A stretch of 64,000 bases of DNA, from positions 82,404-146,403 of the forward strand of contig CALCZR010000060.1 in NCBI GenBank assembly GCA_937903325.1, given 5' to 3'. Each line of letters begins with the position of its first letter. Within the stretch, counting starts at the first letter, position 1. This DNA is from an uncultured Candidatus Saccharibacteria bacterium (GTDB taxonomy: Bacteria; Patescibacteriota; Saccharimonadia; Saccharimonadales; AWTP1-31). Positions 53,601 to 63,533 of this stretch are shown in pieces. Below the pieces are notes generated by a model that made no database searches, was not told the DNA's origin, and was given only the letters and a program-made list of their open reading frames with translations. Both the position numbers and the translations under genes were made by a program.

Positions 53601-54509
53601 CTACTTCTCATGTGGTTCGTTAGAAGTGTATTGTGTGTACATTGGCTGAACTTCCCGCAACTGGACCATTTCGGGGTATTGAGCCTCAAGCTCAGCAACA
53701 ACAATCTCTGACAACTCATCCAATGGCATTAAGCCATCCAGCTCAACGATTTTTGTAGCAGTACCTTCGGGTAAGACATCTTTTGCCCGCATAAAGTACT
53801 TATAGTAATCTTTGACGGCACGTACACGAAATGCCCTGTCGTAGTCGCTGGGGCTTATACGTTCCAGTAAGGCTTCTTGTGGCGCCGATAGGTTAAAAAG
53901 AATATCTGGAGTAGTATCCCAATAACTCACGGGGGCTTCAAACTGTATACTCGGTGGATACATCTGGTCTGCTGTCAGTGTCTGCCCTTCTGCTAACTGT
54001 TCGCGCTCCAATGCAAGCGTTGCCCTTGAAATTATCGATCTATCGAATATGGCAGCAGAAAATCGACTCCTGGACACTACCGCTATGCGACCAAGTGCAG
54101 TAAGCCAAGCTTGATTCTCACGTGCTAAATCATATGCCGCACGATCCCACTCCACAAGAGGCGGGTGTAGCCCTGCAAAATAGTCATGAACCTGAGTCCA
54201 GGATCGAGAGCCAAGATCATGCCAAGCCTCTCCCGCACCCAAACGGGTACCATCTCCTTTTAATACCATCGTAGGCACGCCTCTTGACGTCAAATAGGCA
54301 TCTAAGCGCTGTAGCTGCTCACCCTTACCAACTCGACAGCACCCGTCGAATGCGATTTTCGCCATAACAAACTCGTTATTGATCTGCTCTAACTGAGCGT
54401 GTGCCTCAAAACGTGAGTCGAGAGGCAATTGAGGATCAGGCCCTTCTACAGGTGAAGCCATGTTAGGTATTCCGATTAATCTAGTATTACTTTGAGTGTA
54501 TGCGTACAA
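53601..54509 (-). CDS. Thymidylate-kinase-like P-loop protein with atypical Walker A
   Basis: ..IAFDGCCRVGKGEQLQRLDAYLTSRG.. compares with the TMK pattern ..EG.DG.GK.TQ.. A later ..FDRSIISRA.. compares with the DR..S..AY pattern. This is a weak call. Confidence 0.35.
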   Translation of the reverse strand: MYAYTQSNTRLIGIPNMASPVEGPDPQLPLDSRFEAHAQLEQINNEFVMAKIAFDGCCRVGKGEQLQRLDAYLTSRGVPTMVLKGDGTRLGAGEAWHDLGSRSWTQVHDYFAGLHPPLVEWDRAAYDLARENQAWLTALGRIAVVSRSRFSAAIFDRSIISRATLALEREQLAEGQTLTADQMYPPSIQFEAPVSYWDTTPDILFNLSAPQEALLERISPSDYDRAFRVRAVKDYYKYFMRAKDVLPEGTATKIVELDGLMPLDELSEIVVAELEAQYPEMVQLREVQPMYTQYTSNEPHEK

Positions 54510-54560
54510 TGTATGTATGTCAATTATTATTCATCTCAATGGGGAGCCTTGTCAACGATA

Positions 54561-55139
54561 ATGAAAGCTCACTTTATTGCCTCCACAACTAATCTCAAAA
54601 ATGACCTCGAATCCTACCGACTTATATTGTCGTGTCTTAAGAAACATAAAGTTACACTTACAAGCGACTGGCTCGACGAAGCCCAGCAACGAACAGAAGG
54701 AAAGCTCAAAAATGAACTTGATGACACGCCGTGGAAACGTATAATCCGAGATAACTTAGATGCAATCTCAAAGGCTGATATTGTTGTGGCTGAAGTAGGA
54801 CAGAAGTCGTTTCTTGTTGGATTCCAAGTCGCAAGTGCCCTACAGATGAAAAAGCCCATCTTACTACTATCAAGGCATACGGAAGTAGATAGTGCTCTTG
54901 GAATAAGCAACAGCGAAGAAAGTATACAGTTTGCAAAGTATGACAAGAGATCTATCAACACAATCCTTGCAGATTTCTTAATAGATAACAGAAGAGGAGG
55001 TAAAGACATACGCTTTAACTTCTTCATCACTAGGAAGATGTTAAATTATCTAAATTGGGCATCATTTCAAACCGGTGAAACAAAATCGGAAATTATACGT
55101 AAGTTACTTCAACGAGAGATAGATATATCAGACTACTAG
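54561..55139 (+). CDS. Nucleoside 2-deoxyribosyltransferase-like domain fused to a C-terminal ribbon-helix-helix
   Basis: The start was moved to ATG 54561 (MKAHFIAS..) to avoid overlap with the divergent gene. ..ADIVVAEVGQKSFLVGFQVASALQMKKPILLL.. is NDT/SLOG-like. The C-terminal ..FFITRKMLNYLNWASFQTGETKSEIIRKLLQREI is CopG/RHH-like. Confidence 0.4.
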   Translation: MKAHFIASTTNLKNDLESYRLILSCLKKHKVTLTSDWLDEAQQRTEGKLKNELDDTPWKRIIRDNLDAISKADIVVAEVGQKSFLVGFQVASALQMKKPILLLSRHTEVDSALGISNSEESIQFAKYDKRSINTILADFLIDNRRGGKDIRFNFFITRKMLNYLNWASFQTGETKSEIIRKLLQREIDISDY

Positions 55140-55162
55140 GCTAACTAGCAACAAAGTACTTC

Positions 55163-55441
55163 CTACTGTAGCGATTTTGGCAGTTTTTCGCCAGTTAATT
55201 GGCTTGCAAACTTACTTGCAGCTTCTTTACATACTTCCACAGAGATCTGCCCAAAGAGTTCTTTATACTTAGAGACTAGTTTGTCTATAACGGCAGCTTC
55301 ATCTCCAGTAATAGAGACTTCTTTCTTGGCCCAGTCTATCTTAAGCCCAGCAACTGTTTTTGCCTGTTCAATAGCTACCGGACCGATAATTGATTCTTGC
55401 TGTTCGATAATCTTAGCAGCGATTTGTCCGTATACGTCCAT
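55163..55441 (-). CDS. Hypothetical 92-aa protein
   Basis: This is an ORF only. It is contiguous with the upstream membrane-protein gene, whose stop ends at 55441, the first base of this gene's start codon. Confidence 0.4.
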   Translation of the reverse strand: MDVYGQIAAKIIEQQESIIGPVAIEQAKTVAGLKIDWAKKEVSITGDEAAVIDKLVSKYKELFGQISVEVCKEAASKFASQLTGEKLPKSLQ

Positions 55442-56286
55442 TACTCCGCCTCCTTTTCCACAACCTCTGGGCTCGCCAACTGCCGCCTCACCCTATCAAC
55501 CATGATTATAGATATACCCATAAGACCGTAGGCTATGAGATAGATTAGATCACTGATACCTGCAGGTATCCATGTCTCATGGTATGACTTATACAGGAAG
55601 GTAAAATCAGCTGCGAACTGCGTTAGCAGAGCAACTGTCATAAGAGCAATTGCATAGAACATTCTGGCCCCTGCCAGTATCTTTGATTGAAAGAGTGCAA
55701 TAAGTCCAAGGAAAAAGTATATTGACTGAACTAAAGGATACGCGGCGTTGAGGAGTTGGTAGATCAGACCTCTTTCATCTGTAATGCCGATATTAAGGAA
55801 TCCTTTGTACATACCCAGCAACACCAGGCCAGTAATAGCTAGTGCAGCAGCGACCACGTAAAGTGGTCTATAGAATTTTCTTGGATAACATATAACTCTG
55901 AGTAGCTGGGCAACGGCAATAATGTAGAAAATATTACTTGCCATGTATGCAACATCACCCCATGAAGGAAATGCCGCCTCAACACCCGCTAATCGGAAAT
56001 ACAAAGTATATATTAACTGACCGAAGAATTGAAAAGCCATGCCAAGCGAGAAGAAAGAAATCGATCGGCCGAAGGTACTCTTAAAGCCGCCCCATCTGTG
56101 TGCAGCAGTCAGTCCAAGTACTGAACCAACCAATGCAACAATTCCATATGAATCAGTGAAATCGTCTGCAGACGGTCCTCGGCCAAATACATTAAGAGCT
56201 ATCCACCATATAACCCAAACAGCTGCCACAGAAAGAAACAGAAGGGTAGTTACTTGACTATTCTTTGATTTTATGTTACTATTCAC
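55441..56286 (-). CDS. Polytopic membrane protein (about 8 TM)
   Basis: The call rests on the hydrophobicity pattern only. Confidence 0.5.
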   Translation of the reverse strand: MNSNIKSKNSQVTTLLFLSVAAVWVIWWIALNVFGRGPSADDFTDSYGIVALVGSVLGLTAAHRWGGFKSTFGRSISFFSLGMAFQFFGQLIYTLYFRLAGVEAAFPSWGDVAYMASNIFYIIAVAQLLRVICYPRKFYRPLYVVAAALAITGLVLLGMYKGFLNIGITDERGLIYQLLNAAYPLVQSIYFFLGLIALFQSKILAGARMFYAIALMTVALLTQFAADFTFLYKSYHETWIPAGISDLIYLIAYGLMGISIIMVDRVRRQLASPEVVEKEAE

Positions 56287-56351
56287 TTACTGAATCCTGA
56301 ATTACCTGTTATGTTAATAATAGCTTATTCGTTTCGTTCGTCAACATTATC

Positions 56352-57254
56352 ATGAACAGATTAAAGACTATCCGAAAACAAGACCTTGACTACTTAAGTC
56401 GTCATTACTTAAAGTACGAACCCTACTCCGATTTCAACGTTGTTAGCATGTGGGGATACATGATACCTGGGGCGAGATACGCAACAACTGGCGATACGGT
56501 TCTCTACGAGATGACCGACTACACGAAGCACACGACTTACCTCACTATATTTGGCGACAAGGACACGCGAGATACCATCAAACAATTAGCTACTCGTACC
56601 AAATCGTCCCAAATAATTTTTGAGGGCGTACCAGAGTCTACATGCAAGCATTTATTGAACTGGGACGCTCTAGTAAATATAGAGGCAGATACTGATAACC
56701 ATGACTACATATTCGCAGTTGATGACATAGCAAACATGCGTAGTGTAGGCTTACATTCAAAGAAGAAAAGCATAAACAAGCTCCTGCGAAAACACCCGAA
56801 GCTACACATCGAGACTATTGATTTAAATGACCCCAAAAAGCGTCGACAAATATATGAGCTATTTCGACGCTGGATACAGCAGAGCGGATCGACCGATTGG
56901 TCAACTGAGTTCCGTGCACTCAAGAGAGAAATTAAATTATATGATTACGAAATAACGGCAATTGGTGCTTATGATGACAACAGATTGGTTGGATTTACGA
57001 TAAATGAGATTGAACCAAACGGTTATTACCAAGGGCACTTTGGCAAAGCAGACTACCGCTATCCAGGACTAGGAGTTCTTTTAGAGGTTGAGACTGCGCG
57101 CATCGTCCAAAAAATCTATGGAAGTAAGTTTATGAATCTACAACAAGATCTTGGTATTGAAGGAATCCGTTATTATAAACAAACTCTCGGACCTTGTGGT
57201 CAATTAAAAAAATATCGAGTCGTAATAGACCGTGAGCAAGCACTAACAGCTTAG
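56352..57254 (+). CDS. DUF2156/LPG-synthase-C-like (GNAT-fold) protein
   Basis: The N-terminal ..YEPYSDFNVVSMWGY.. and the overall length resemble the aminoacyl-lipid-synthase C-terminal domain family. This is a weak call. Confidence 0.4.
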   Translation: MNRLKTIRKQDLDYLSRHYLKYEPYSDFNVVSMWGYMIPGARYATTGDTVLYEMTDYTKHTTYLTIFGDKDTRDTIKQLATRTKSSQIIFEGVPESTCKHLLNWDALVNIEADTDNHDYIFAVDDIANMRSVGLHSKKKSINKLLRKHPKLHIETIDLNDPKKRRQIYELFRRWIQQSGSTDWSTEFRALKREIKLYDYEITAIGAYDDNRLVGFTINEIEPNGYYQGHFGKADYRYPGLGVLLEVETARIVQKIYGSKFMNLQQDLGIEGIRYYKQTLGPCGQLKKYRVVIDREQALTA

Positions 57255-58186
57255 ACCCCAGTGACTAGGTACAGACCAACAATAATCACCAACATCAGAC
57301 TAATCTTTACCTTCAACCCACCTTCAGATGCTTCACGAAACAGATGAGCATGAAAAGGGAACAAAGCTAATGAGATAAGTAGCACATAAATTGGCTGAAT
57401 TCCTTCCAATGCACTTATTATCGTGACTGAACCCTTACTAATTGCAAGATTAGTGGTGAACTCTGCAGCTATACCTAAAAGTTCAGTGACGAGGAATAAT
57501 AGGAAGAACTTACGGAAACTCTTTCTGAGTTCAGTTAGTCGGTAACGAGAGGGTGAATGGAATAGGACCAGCAAGAAGTACAGACCGCCGATCATCATGC
57601 CGGCAGAAACCCACATGTATGCCGTGTAGAACGGTACGTGGTCATATACATCCTTAGCAATTAAAGAATAGGCGCAGATACTGAGTGCCCCAAATAGAAT
57701 AGGGGTCAGGGACTTTGAAAAATGTGTCTTCTCTTTGCCGCCACCAAGCGCAAGTCCCGTTGAAGCTGCCAGTACTAAGCCAAGCCCAACAATCTCAGAG
57801 GCCTGGAGTCTTTCGCCTTGAACTAGAAAGGCAAAGGCCCCAATAATAACCGGTGAAACACCTAGCAGTGCTACCACAATCGATGGTGATTCCCTATCCA
57901 GTGCCAGGAAGTAGAAGTACAGATAGGCAGTTATAAGTACGCCTACGATGAGTGAAAGTATCTGGTAGCGGAGAGAAATAGGTTCCGCATCCAGAAAGAA
58001 CAGTGAAAGCAGTGGCAGCCCACCAAATAGCCCGGAGATAATAGTCCCTACATGTGGGCTTCGGTATACGTTACGTAGTAGGTTGTCGTCAATCAGATTC
58101 ACAATGGCATACAAGAATGGGGCGAGGAGTGCAAGATAGAACCATGTCATACTGCTCAGTCTATCTAAGGCTCTCCATATTAACAA
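57251..58186 (-). CDS. EamA/DMT-family transporter
   Basis: It has ten predicted TM helices in two similar halves. Confidence 0.65.
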   Translation of the reverse strand: MLIWRALDRLSSMTWFYLALLAPFLYAIVNLIDDNLLRNVYRSPHVGTIISGLFGGLPLLSLFFLDAEPISLRYQILSLIVGVLITAYLYFYFLALDRESPSIVVALLGVSPVIIGAFAFLVQGERLQASEIVGLGLVLAASTGLALGGGKEKTHFSKSLTPILFGALSICAYSLIAKDVYDHVPFYTAYMWVSAGMMIGGLYFLLVLFHSPSRYRLTELRKSFRKFFLLFLVTELLGIAAEFTTNLAISKGSVTIISALEGIQPIYVLLISLALFPFHAHLFREASEGGLKVKISLMLVIIVGLYLVTGV

Positions 58187-58256
58187 TACAAATTTGACGA
58201 ATCGTGCTTTTGGTTGGTAGACTTAACGCGATAAGCTAAAATAAAGATTAATTCAT

Positions 58257-58805
58257 ATGTATATAAGCGTACGCAAAGGGATTGGTACCGGTCCCACAGA
58301 ACTATCAGCCTTCGACCAAGCACTCGTAGATGCCGGAGTCGCCAACTTTAACTTGCTATATCTTAGCTCCGTTCTGCCACCTAACAGTGATGTCGTAGTT
58401 GAGAAGAACAATACTCAACCAATCGAAGGTGACTGGGGCGACAAGCTCTACGTCGTCATGGCACAGATGCGTACTATGCAGCGTAACCAAGAAGCGTGGG
58501 CTGGTATCGGCTGGATCCAGGATCCCAAGACCAAGAAAGGCCTCCTCGTAGAACACGAAGGTCATAGTGAAGCAGAAGTCCGTGCAGACATTGAAAACAG
58601 CCTGAAGGGTCTCCAAGAGAATCGACATATGAAGTTTGGGCCTATTAATATGCAGGTTGTGGGCATGAAGTGTGAAGACCTCCCTGTCTGCGCACTTGTC
58701 GTAGCCGTCTTTGAATCAAACGAGTGGATTAACCGCCAAAAAGAAAAAAGCGACAAGAACGTTAATATTCTCCGTCGCCTTACCCGCAAAACGCACAAAT
58801 CGTAA
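58257..58805 (+). CDS. pdaD: Pyruvoyl-dependent arginine decarboxylase
   Basis: ..GIGTGPTELSAFDQALVDAGVANFNLLYLSSVLPP.. contains the family signature, including the self-cleaving SS site. Confidence 0.85.
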   Translation: MYISVRKGIGTGPTELSAFDQALVDAGVANFNLLYLSSVLPPNSDVVVEKNNTQPIEGDWGDKLYVVMAQMRTMQRNQEAWAGIGWIQDPKTKKGLLVEHEGHSEAEVRADIENSLKGLQENRHMKFGPINMQVVGMKCEDLPVCALVVAVFESNEWINRQKEKSDKNVNILRRLTRKTHKS

Positions 58806-58847
58806 CATTCCGTTGCGTATTACTTAAACTTTGCTACCATAAGTTAC

Positions 58848-59222
58848 ATGGCCGCAGTCAAAGTCGCTATCGTCGAAGATGACCAAGCAATCAGCCAAAT
58901 GTACCGTATCAAGTTTCAGTCCGAAGGATTTGACGTAGATACGGCAGAAAATGGCAAGCTAGGCCTTGAGCTGTGCGAAAAAATGCACCCCGACATTATC
59001 CTCCTCGACCTTATGATGCCCGAGATGACCGGCGACCAAATGCTTACTGAACTGCGTAAAACTACTTGGGGCAAAGACGTTAAAGTCGTTATCCTCACCA
59101 ACATGGGCGAACAAGAAATCCCTGAATCCGTTAAGAAACAAGGCGTCAGTGCCGTTATCCTTAAAGCGGACATGACTCCACGACAAGTCGCTGAACTCGT
59201 TAAGAAAACCATAGACACCTAG
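58848..59222 (+). CDS. Single-domain response regulator (CheY-like receiver)
   Basis: It has the DD acidic pocket, the phospho-acceptor D in ILLDLMMPEMTG, and ..VVILTN...K. Confidence 0.85.
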   Translation: MAAVKVAIVEDDQAISQMYRIKFQSEGFDVDTAENGKLGLELCEKMHPDIILLDLMMPEMTGDQMLTELRKTTWGKDVKVVILTNMGEQEIPESVKKQGVSAVILKADMTPRQVAELVKKTIDT

Positions 59223-59299
59223 TCTTCAGAGGACTAGGAACTTCTCACCTTACAATACATGTAACAGTGTATAGTTAGTATTGAAAAAGGAAAGTAAAG

Positions 59300-59737
59300 A
59301 TGTATAACATTGTAGTTAATGGAGTAATCTTCAACAATGAGGGCAAGATACTAATTGCCCAACGCGCATCTAAGGACGACCATGAACCGGGCATGTGGAC
59401 AACCCCAGGAGGAACGGTCGAGGATGGCGATGAGGAGTTCAATATAGTAGAGGCTACTCTGCAGCGTGAAATAATGGAAGAAGTAGGAGTAACCATCAAG
59501 CCTTCAATACTTCCAATCACAAATAATACATTTACCAAGAATGATGGTACAAAAGTTTTGGCGCTTGTGTATCTCTGTGAATATAAGTCCGGTGAGGCAA
59601 GACCGCTGGACGAAATGGATTCCATTGCGTGGGTAGATATCTCTAAACTAGATCAATACGCCTTCCCTCCTAATGTTCGAGATTACATAGAAATAGGACA
59701 TAAAGCTTATTTATCTATTAAAGCAGCGAACGTCTAA
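59300..59737 (+). CDS. NUDIX hydrolase
   Basis: The Nudix box is GGTVEDGDEEFNIVEATLQREIMEEVGVT. Confidence 0.8.
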   Translation: MYNIVVNGVIFNNEGKILIAQRASKDDHEPGMWTTPGGTVEDGDEEFNIVEATLQREIMEEVGVTIKPSILPITNNTFTKNDGTKVLALVYLCEYKSGEARPLDEMDSIAWVDISKLDQYAFPPNVRDYIEIGHKAYLSIKAANV

Positions 59738-59800
59738 CATAAACTATTTAATCAGATCTCCGCATACTGCTCAGAACTCAGAGTAAGGTATACTTATGTC

Positions 59801-61132
59801 ATGAGAATTGCAGTTATTGGCTACGGCAAACAAGGCCAAGCCGCCGTAGAATATTGGGGCAAAGATAACGATGTCACTGTATGTGACCAGAACGAGAACC
59901 TCCAGCTCCCTGACGGAGTCGAAGCACAGCTCGGCCCAGGCTACCTGGATAACCTCGACCGCTTTCACCTCATCGTGCGCGGACCTGTTATCCACCCACG
60001 AGACATCGTAGAGGCCAATGGAGAGCGAATCCTCAAGAAAGTGACTACCGTTACCGAAGAGTTTATTCGTGTCTGCCCTGCCCCTATCATTGGTGTAACG
60101 GGAACTAAAGGGAAAGGCACTACCTGTTCGCTTATTACCAAGATTCTGGAGACTGCCGGCCGCAAAGTACACCTCGGAGGCAACATCGGGATTCCCCCAC
60201 TGGAAATGCTTAACTGGAACATTCAGCCAAGTGATTGGGTAGTTCTGGAGCTTGCCAACTTCCAACTCATTGACCTAGGCCTGTCCCCTAAAATCGCCGT
60301 CTGTCTCATGGTCGCCCCAGAGCACCTGGACTGGCACAAAGATATGGCCGAATATGTTGGTGCTAAACAGAACCTATTCCGACACCAGAGCCCTAAAGAT
60401 TTAACTATCTTTAACCGGCTCAGTGATTTCTCGGCTGAAGTTGCCGAAGTTTCACCGGCACTTAAGATGTCGTACGAAGTACCCGCAGAGAATAGTGAGC
60501 CATCTGAAAAGAACGGCGCATACGTACTCGGTGAAGATATCTACATGGACGACGAAAAAGTCTGTAACGTCCACGAAGTGCAGCTGCTCGGCAGACACAA
60601 TCTGGAGAACGTCTGTGCAGCCATAGCGGCAACCTGGGACCTCATCGACCATAATCCCGCAATCGTATCTACCGCACTCAAGACGTTTGTAGGCCTTCCT
60701 CACCGCCTTGAATTTGTCCGTGACTTTAATGGGCATAAGTTCTATAACGATTCATTTGCGGCAACGCCTGAAGCAAGTGTCGCTGCTATGCACGCTGTTC
60801 CCGGCCCTAAGGTAGTAATTGCCGGCGGTTTCGACCGTGGACTAGACCTGTCAGTGTTCGCCGACGGCGCAACAAGTCCAGACAGTGAAGTTCACCACAT
60901 GGTGTTAATCGGACAAACAGCACCAAAGATAGCTGATGCGCTCAAGAGCGCCGGTTTTACTAACTACAGTGTCTCGGACGCTAAGGATATGCACATTGTC
61001 CTCGCGACAGCCATTGAGAAGGCTACAAACGGTGAGTCAATCATGTTGTCACCTGGCTGCGCAAGCTTTGACATGTTCAAGAACTTCGAGGACCGCGGAC
61101 TCCAGTACAAAGCTGAGGTTGACGCCCTATGA
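59801..61132 (+). CDS. murD: MurD-type Mur ligase (UDP-MurNAc-L-Ala : glutamate ligase)
   Basis: It has the N-terminal Rossmann IAVIGYGKQG, the Mur P-loop GVTGTKGKGTT, and a length of 443 aa. Confidence 0.7.
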   Translation: MRIAVIGYGKQGQAAVEYWGKDNDVTVCDQNENLQLPDGVEAQLGPGYLDNLDRFHLIVRGPVIHPRDIVEANGERILKKVTTVTEEFIRVCPAPIIGVTGTKGKGTTCSLITKILETAGRKVHLGGNIGIPPLEMLNWNIQPSDWVVLELANFQLIDLGLSPKIAVCLMVAPEHLDWHKDMAEYVGAKQNLFRHQSPKDLTIFNRLSDFSAEVAEVSPALKMSYEVPAENSEPSEKNGAYVLGEDIYMDDEKVCNVHEVQLLGRHNLENVCAAIAATWDLIDHNPAIVSTALKTFVGLPHRLEFVRDFNGHKFYNDSFAATPEASVAAMHAVPGPKVVIAGGFDRGLDLSVFADGATSPDSEVHHMVLIGQTAPKIADALKSAGFTNYSVSDAKDMHIVLATAIEKATNGESIMLSPGCASFDMFKNFEDRGLQYKAEVDAL

Positions 61133-62406
61133 GTCTTGGTCCATACATGACCTTCGTTTTCAAAAGCTACCACTTCGATAGCTCAAACAAAATCCTCAAG
61201 CTCAACTACAGTTTCGACGACAGTCTCAATTTTACCGAGGAATATCGTTTCGACTTTGACTTTACTAACTTCGACCCTAAGGTTCTAGACCGAGCCATCC
61301 AAGGACTCTTCTTTATGGCAGGCGTTTCGTACTACAAAGCATTCCATACGGAGCATATTCGCATTGACCAAGGGCAGCTGGACAAGAAATCTGCTGAATT
61401 CTTTGCGCATACCTACCAGAAAGGACTGGGTGAGTATTTCTACATTAACAAGCTCAATCCCCGTACCGAGATTCCGTTCATTGCGAATGCTCCTGACCAA
61501 CCCCAGCTTAGTCACCGCTCTAACAACGGTCTCCTCGTCGGTATTGGTGGTGGTAAAGACTCGTTAGTTAGTGCAGAACTGCTCCGAGGGCAAACTGGTA
61601 TAGCTACCTGGTCATCCGACCACCGTTCGCAAATGGAGCCGCTTATTAATACCATCGGGTTGCCGCATATGTGGGTGCAACGAAAAATAGATCCCCAGAT
61701 TATTGGTCTCAAAGACCAAGGTGCCCTCAATGGTCATATCCCTATCTCGGCAGTCTGGAGCTGTATTGGAACGATTGTTTGTGTTCTTTCGGGACGACGT
61801 GACGGTGTGGTTTCTAACGAGAATTCTGCCAATGAACCATCCCTCTACTACGACGGCGTTGCCATAAATCATCAGTATTCTAAGTCACTCGAGTACGAGA
61901 AGAGTTATCAGGAATATCTGCAGCATAACTTTGGTGATTCACTCCGCTACTATTCAGCACTCCGACCGTTTAGCGAAGTTAAAATTGCCGAAATCTTTTC
62001 ACAAATAGCCTTTGATAAATACAAGAACGTCTTTAGCTCCTGTAACCGCGCATTCGTACAAGCAAGCGACCATATGAGTTGGTGCGGTGAATGCCCGAAG
62101 TGTGCGTTTACTTTCTTAGCACTTTCGCCATTCTTGGATCGCCTTGAGCTCGAGAAATTGTGGCACAAGAACTTACTACTCGACCCAACGCTGGTTATAA
62201 CCTACCAAAACCTACTGGGAATCAGTGGCAACAAGCCTCTCGATTGTGTCGGCGAAGTCAAAGAATCTCGTGAAGCCATGCGCCTGACACAAGCCAACTA
62301 TCCTGGCTTGTCATACGAGTTCGATATTCCTGCAGATTACAGCTACAAGAATCTAGCCGAACACAGCATGCCCGATGAGATAGCCAACGTTATACAGAAC
62401 ATTTGA
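61129..62406 (+). CDS. PP-loop (adenine-nucleotide alpha-hydrolase-like) protein translationally coupled to MurD; MurL-like epimerase candidate
   Basis: A GGGKDS PP-loop is present (..LLVGIGGGKDSLVSAELL..). A CxxC motif is present (WCGECPKCAF). The start overlaps the murD stop in ATGA. Confidence 0.45.
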   Translation: MSLGPYMTFVFKSYHFDSSNKILKLNYSFDDSLNFTEEYRFDFDFTNFDPKVLDRAIQGLFFMAGVSYYKAFHTEHIRIDQGQLDKKSAEFFAHTYQKGLGEYFYINKLNPRTEIPFIANAPDQPQLSHRSNNGLLVGIGGGKDSLVSAELLRGQTGIATWSSDHRSQMEPLINTIGLPHMWVQRKIDPQIIGLKDQGALNGHIPISAVWSCIGTIVCVLSGRRDGVVSNENSANEPSLYYDGVAINHQYSKSLEYEKSYQEYLQHNFGDSLRYYSALRPFSEVKIAEIFSQIAFDKYKNVFSSCNRAFVQASDHMSWCGECPKCAFTFLALSPFLDRLELEKLWHKNLLLDPTLVITYQNLLGISGNKPLDCVGEVKESREAMRLTQANYPGLSYEFDIPADYSYKNLAEHSMPDEIANVIQNI

Positions 62407-62478
62407 GAATAGCAACAACCCGGTTCGTGTATCCTAGCTTATAGCTAATTCTCTGTAATTGTGGTATAGTTATTCCTT

Positions 62479-63213
62479 ATGCACACAGTAGTAGCGGTTG
62501 GTGGTGGAGCCTTAAGCGAGAATATCGAACTAGATCGTCGCGCCTTAGCACTTGCCCAAAATCCAGAGAGGCCAGACACTAAACCACGAGTCCTTATCTT
62601 ATCCGCTTCTGACGCATCCCCAGAACCGGGACATTCAGTAGTTACTGGCTATTACAAGGGTCCAGAGGCGCAAGCGCATGTTTCTATTCTAGATCTCGCA
62701 CAAGATCCATCCCAACGTGAAATTCGCGACGCTGTACTTGGCTCAAACTTTATCTACCCATACGTAGAAAATCCCGTTGAAGCAGTTAGAGAAATACGCG
62801 CACGCAAAATAGATCACTTCCTTGAAAAAACACGAGCAAGAGCCGCTACTCAAGTACTCTATGGACGCGGTAAAGCAGCAGGGATTTGGTTTGAGTACTT
62901 TGCAAATACATCTGAAGAAACTGGCGAGATGACACTTGAACGTGGACTCGATATTGTCCATAACATGATCGCCGTTCCATATTATGCAAGTCAACGAGAA
63001 AGACAAGAAGCATTTCTTGAAATTACACTTCCATTGCCGAATAACCATGAATCTGCAACAAAAGCTTATGGGATCGAGGATACTGCAGCAGTCGTAGTAG
63101 GTAACGCTCCAGAAGCACATCCCCATGCAATGACTACTGCCGACAGTATTGTCTGGGTTGTGAGCCCCAGTGCAACAGGCCCAAACAAGCATGCTATGCT
63201 TCTAGCATGCTAA
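62479..63213 (+). CDS. Hypothetical protein, possibly peptidase S51/class-I amidotransferase-like
   Basis: ..VVAVGGGAL...PRVLILSASDAS.. is only a weak resemblance. Confidence 0.3.
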   Translation: MHTVVAVGGGALSENIELDRRALALAQNPERPDTKPRVLILSASDASPEPGHSVVTGYYKGPEAQAHVSILDLAQDPSQREIRDAVLGSNFIYPYVENPVEAVREIRARKIDHFLEKTRARAATQVLYGRGKAAGIWFEYFANTSEETGEMTLERGLDIVHNMIAVPYYASQRERQEAFLEITLPLPNNHESATKAYGIEDTAAVVVGNAPEAHPHAMTTADSIVWVVSPSATGPNKHAMLLAC

Positions 63214-63533
63214 AATCTACCTTGCTGCTTACTGACTCGGTATACAGCAATCAGAAGTCCTGCGCATAGCGAAAGACCCATATAGCTTAGGATACCCCTT
63301 TGCATGAAGCTGAATCCTCCGCTGAATCCTCCGCCAGGCAATGCATGCTTAGTGACTTCAAAGAGCCGCAGAGGACCTATTGCTCCAATGGTCGAACCAG
63401 TATTATTCGCCCCTCCCAACTTAACTGAACTAGCGACTAGTATTAAAGACAGTAATCCAATTGCGACAAGAAGCACACTGAGTAATGTTGAAGTTACTAT
63501 TTTTTGTTTTTCTGAGTGGTCAAGTACGGCCAT
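63210..63533 (-). CDS. Small membrane protein (107 aa)
   Basis: It has two hydrophobic helices. It overlaps the upstream gene by 14 nt. Confidence 0.4.
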   Translation of the reverse strand: MAVLDHSEKQKIVTSTLLSVLLVAIGLLSLILVASSVKLGGANNTGSTIGAIGPLRLFEVTKHALPGGGFSGGFSFMQRGILSYMGLSLCAGLLIAVYRVSKQQGRF

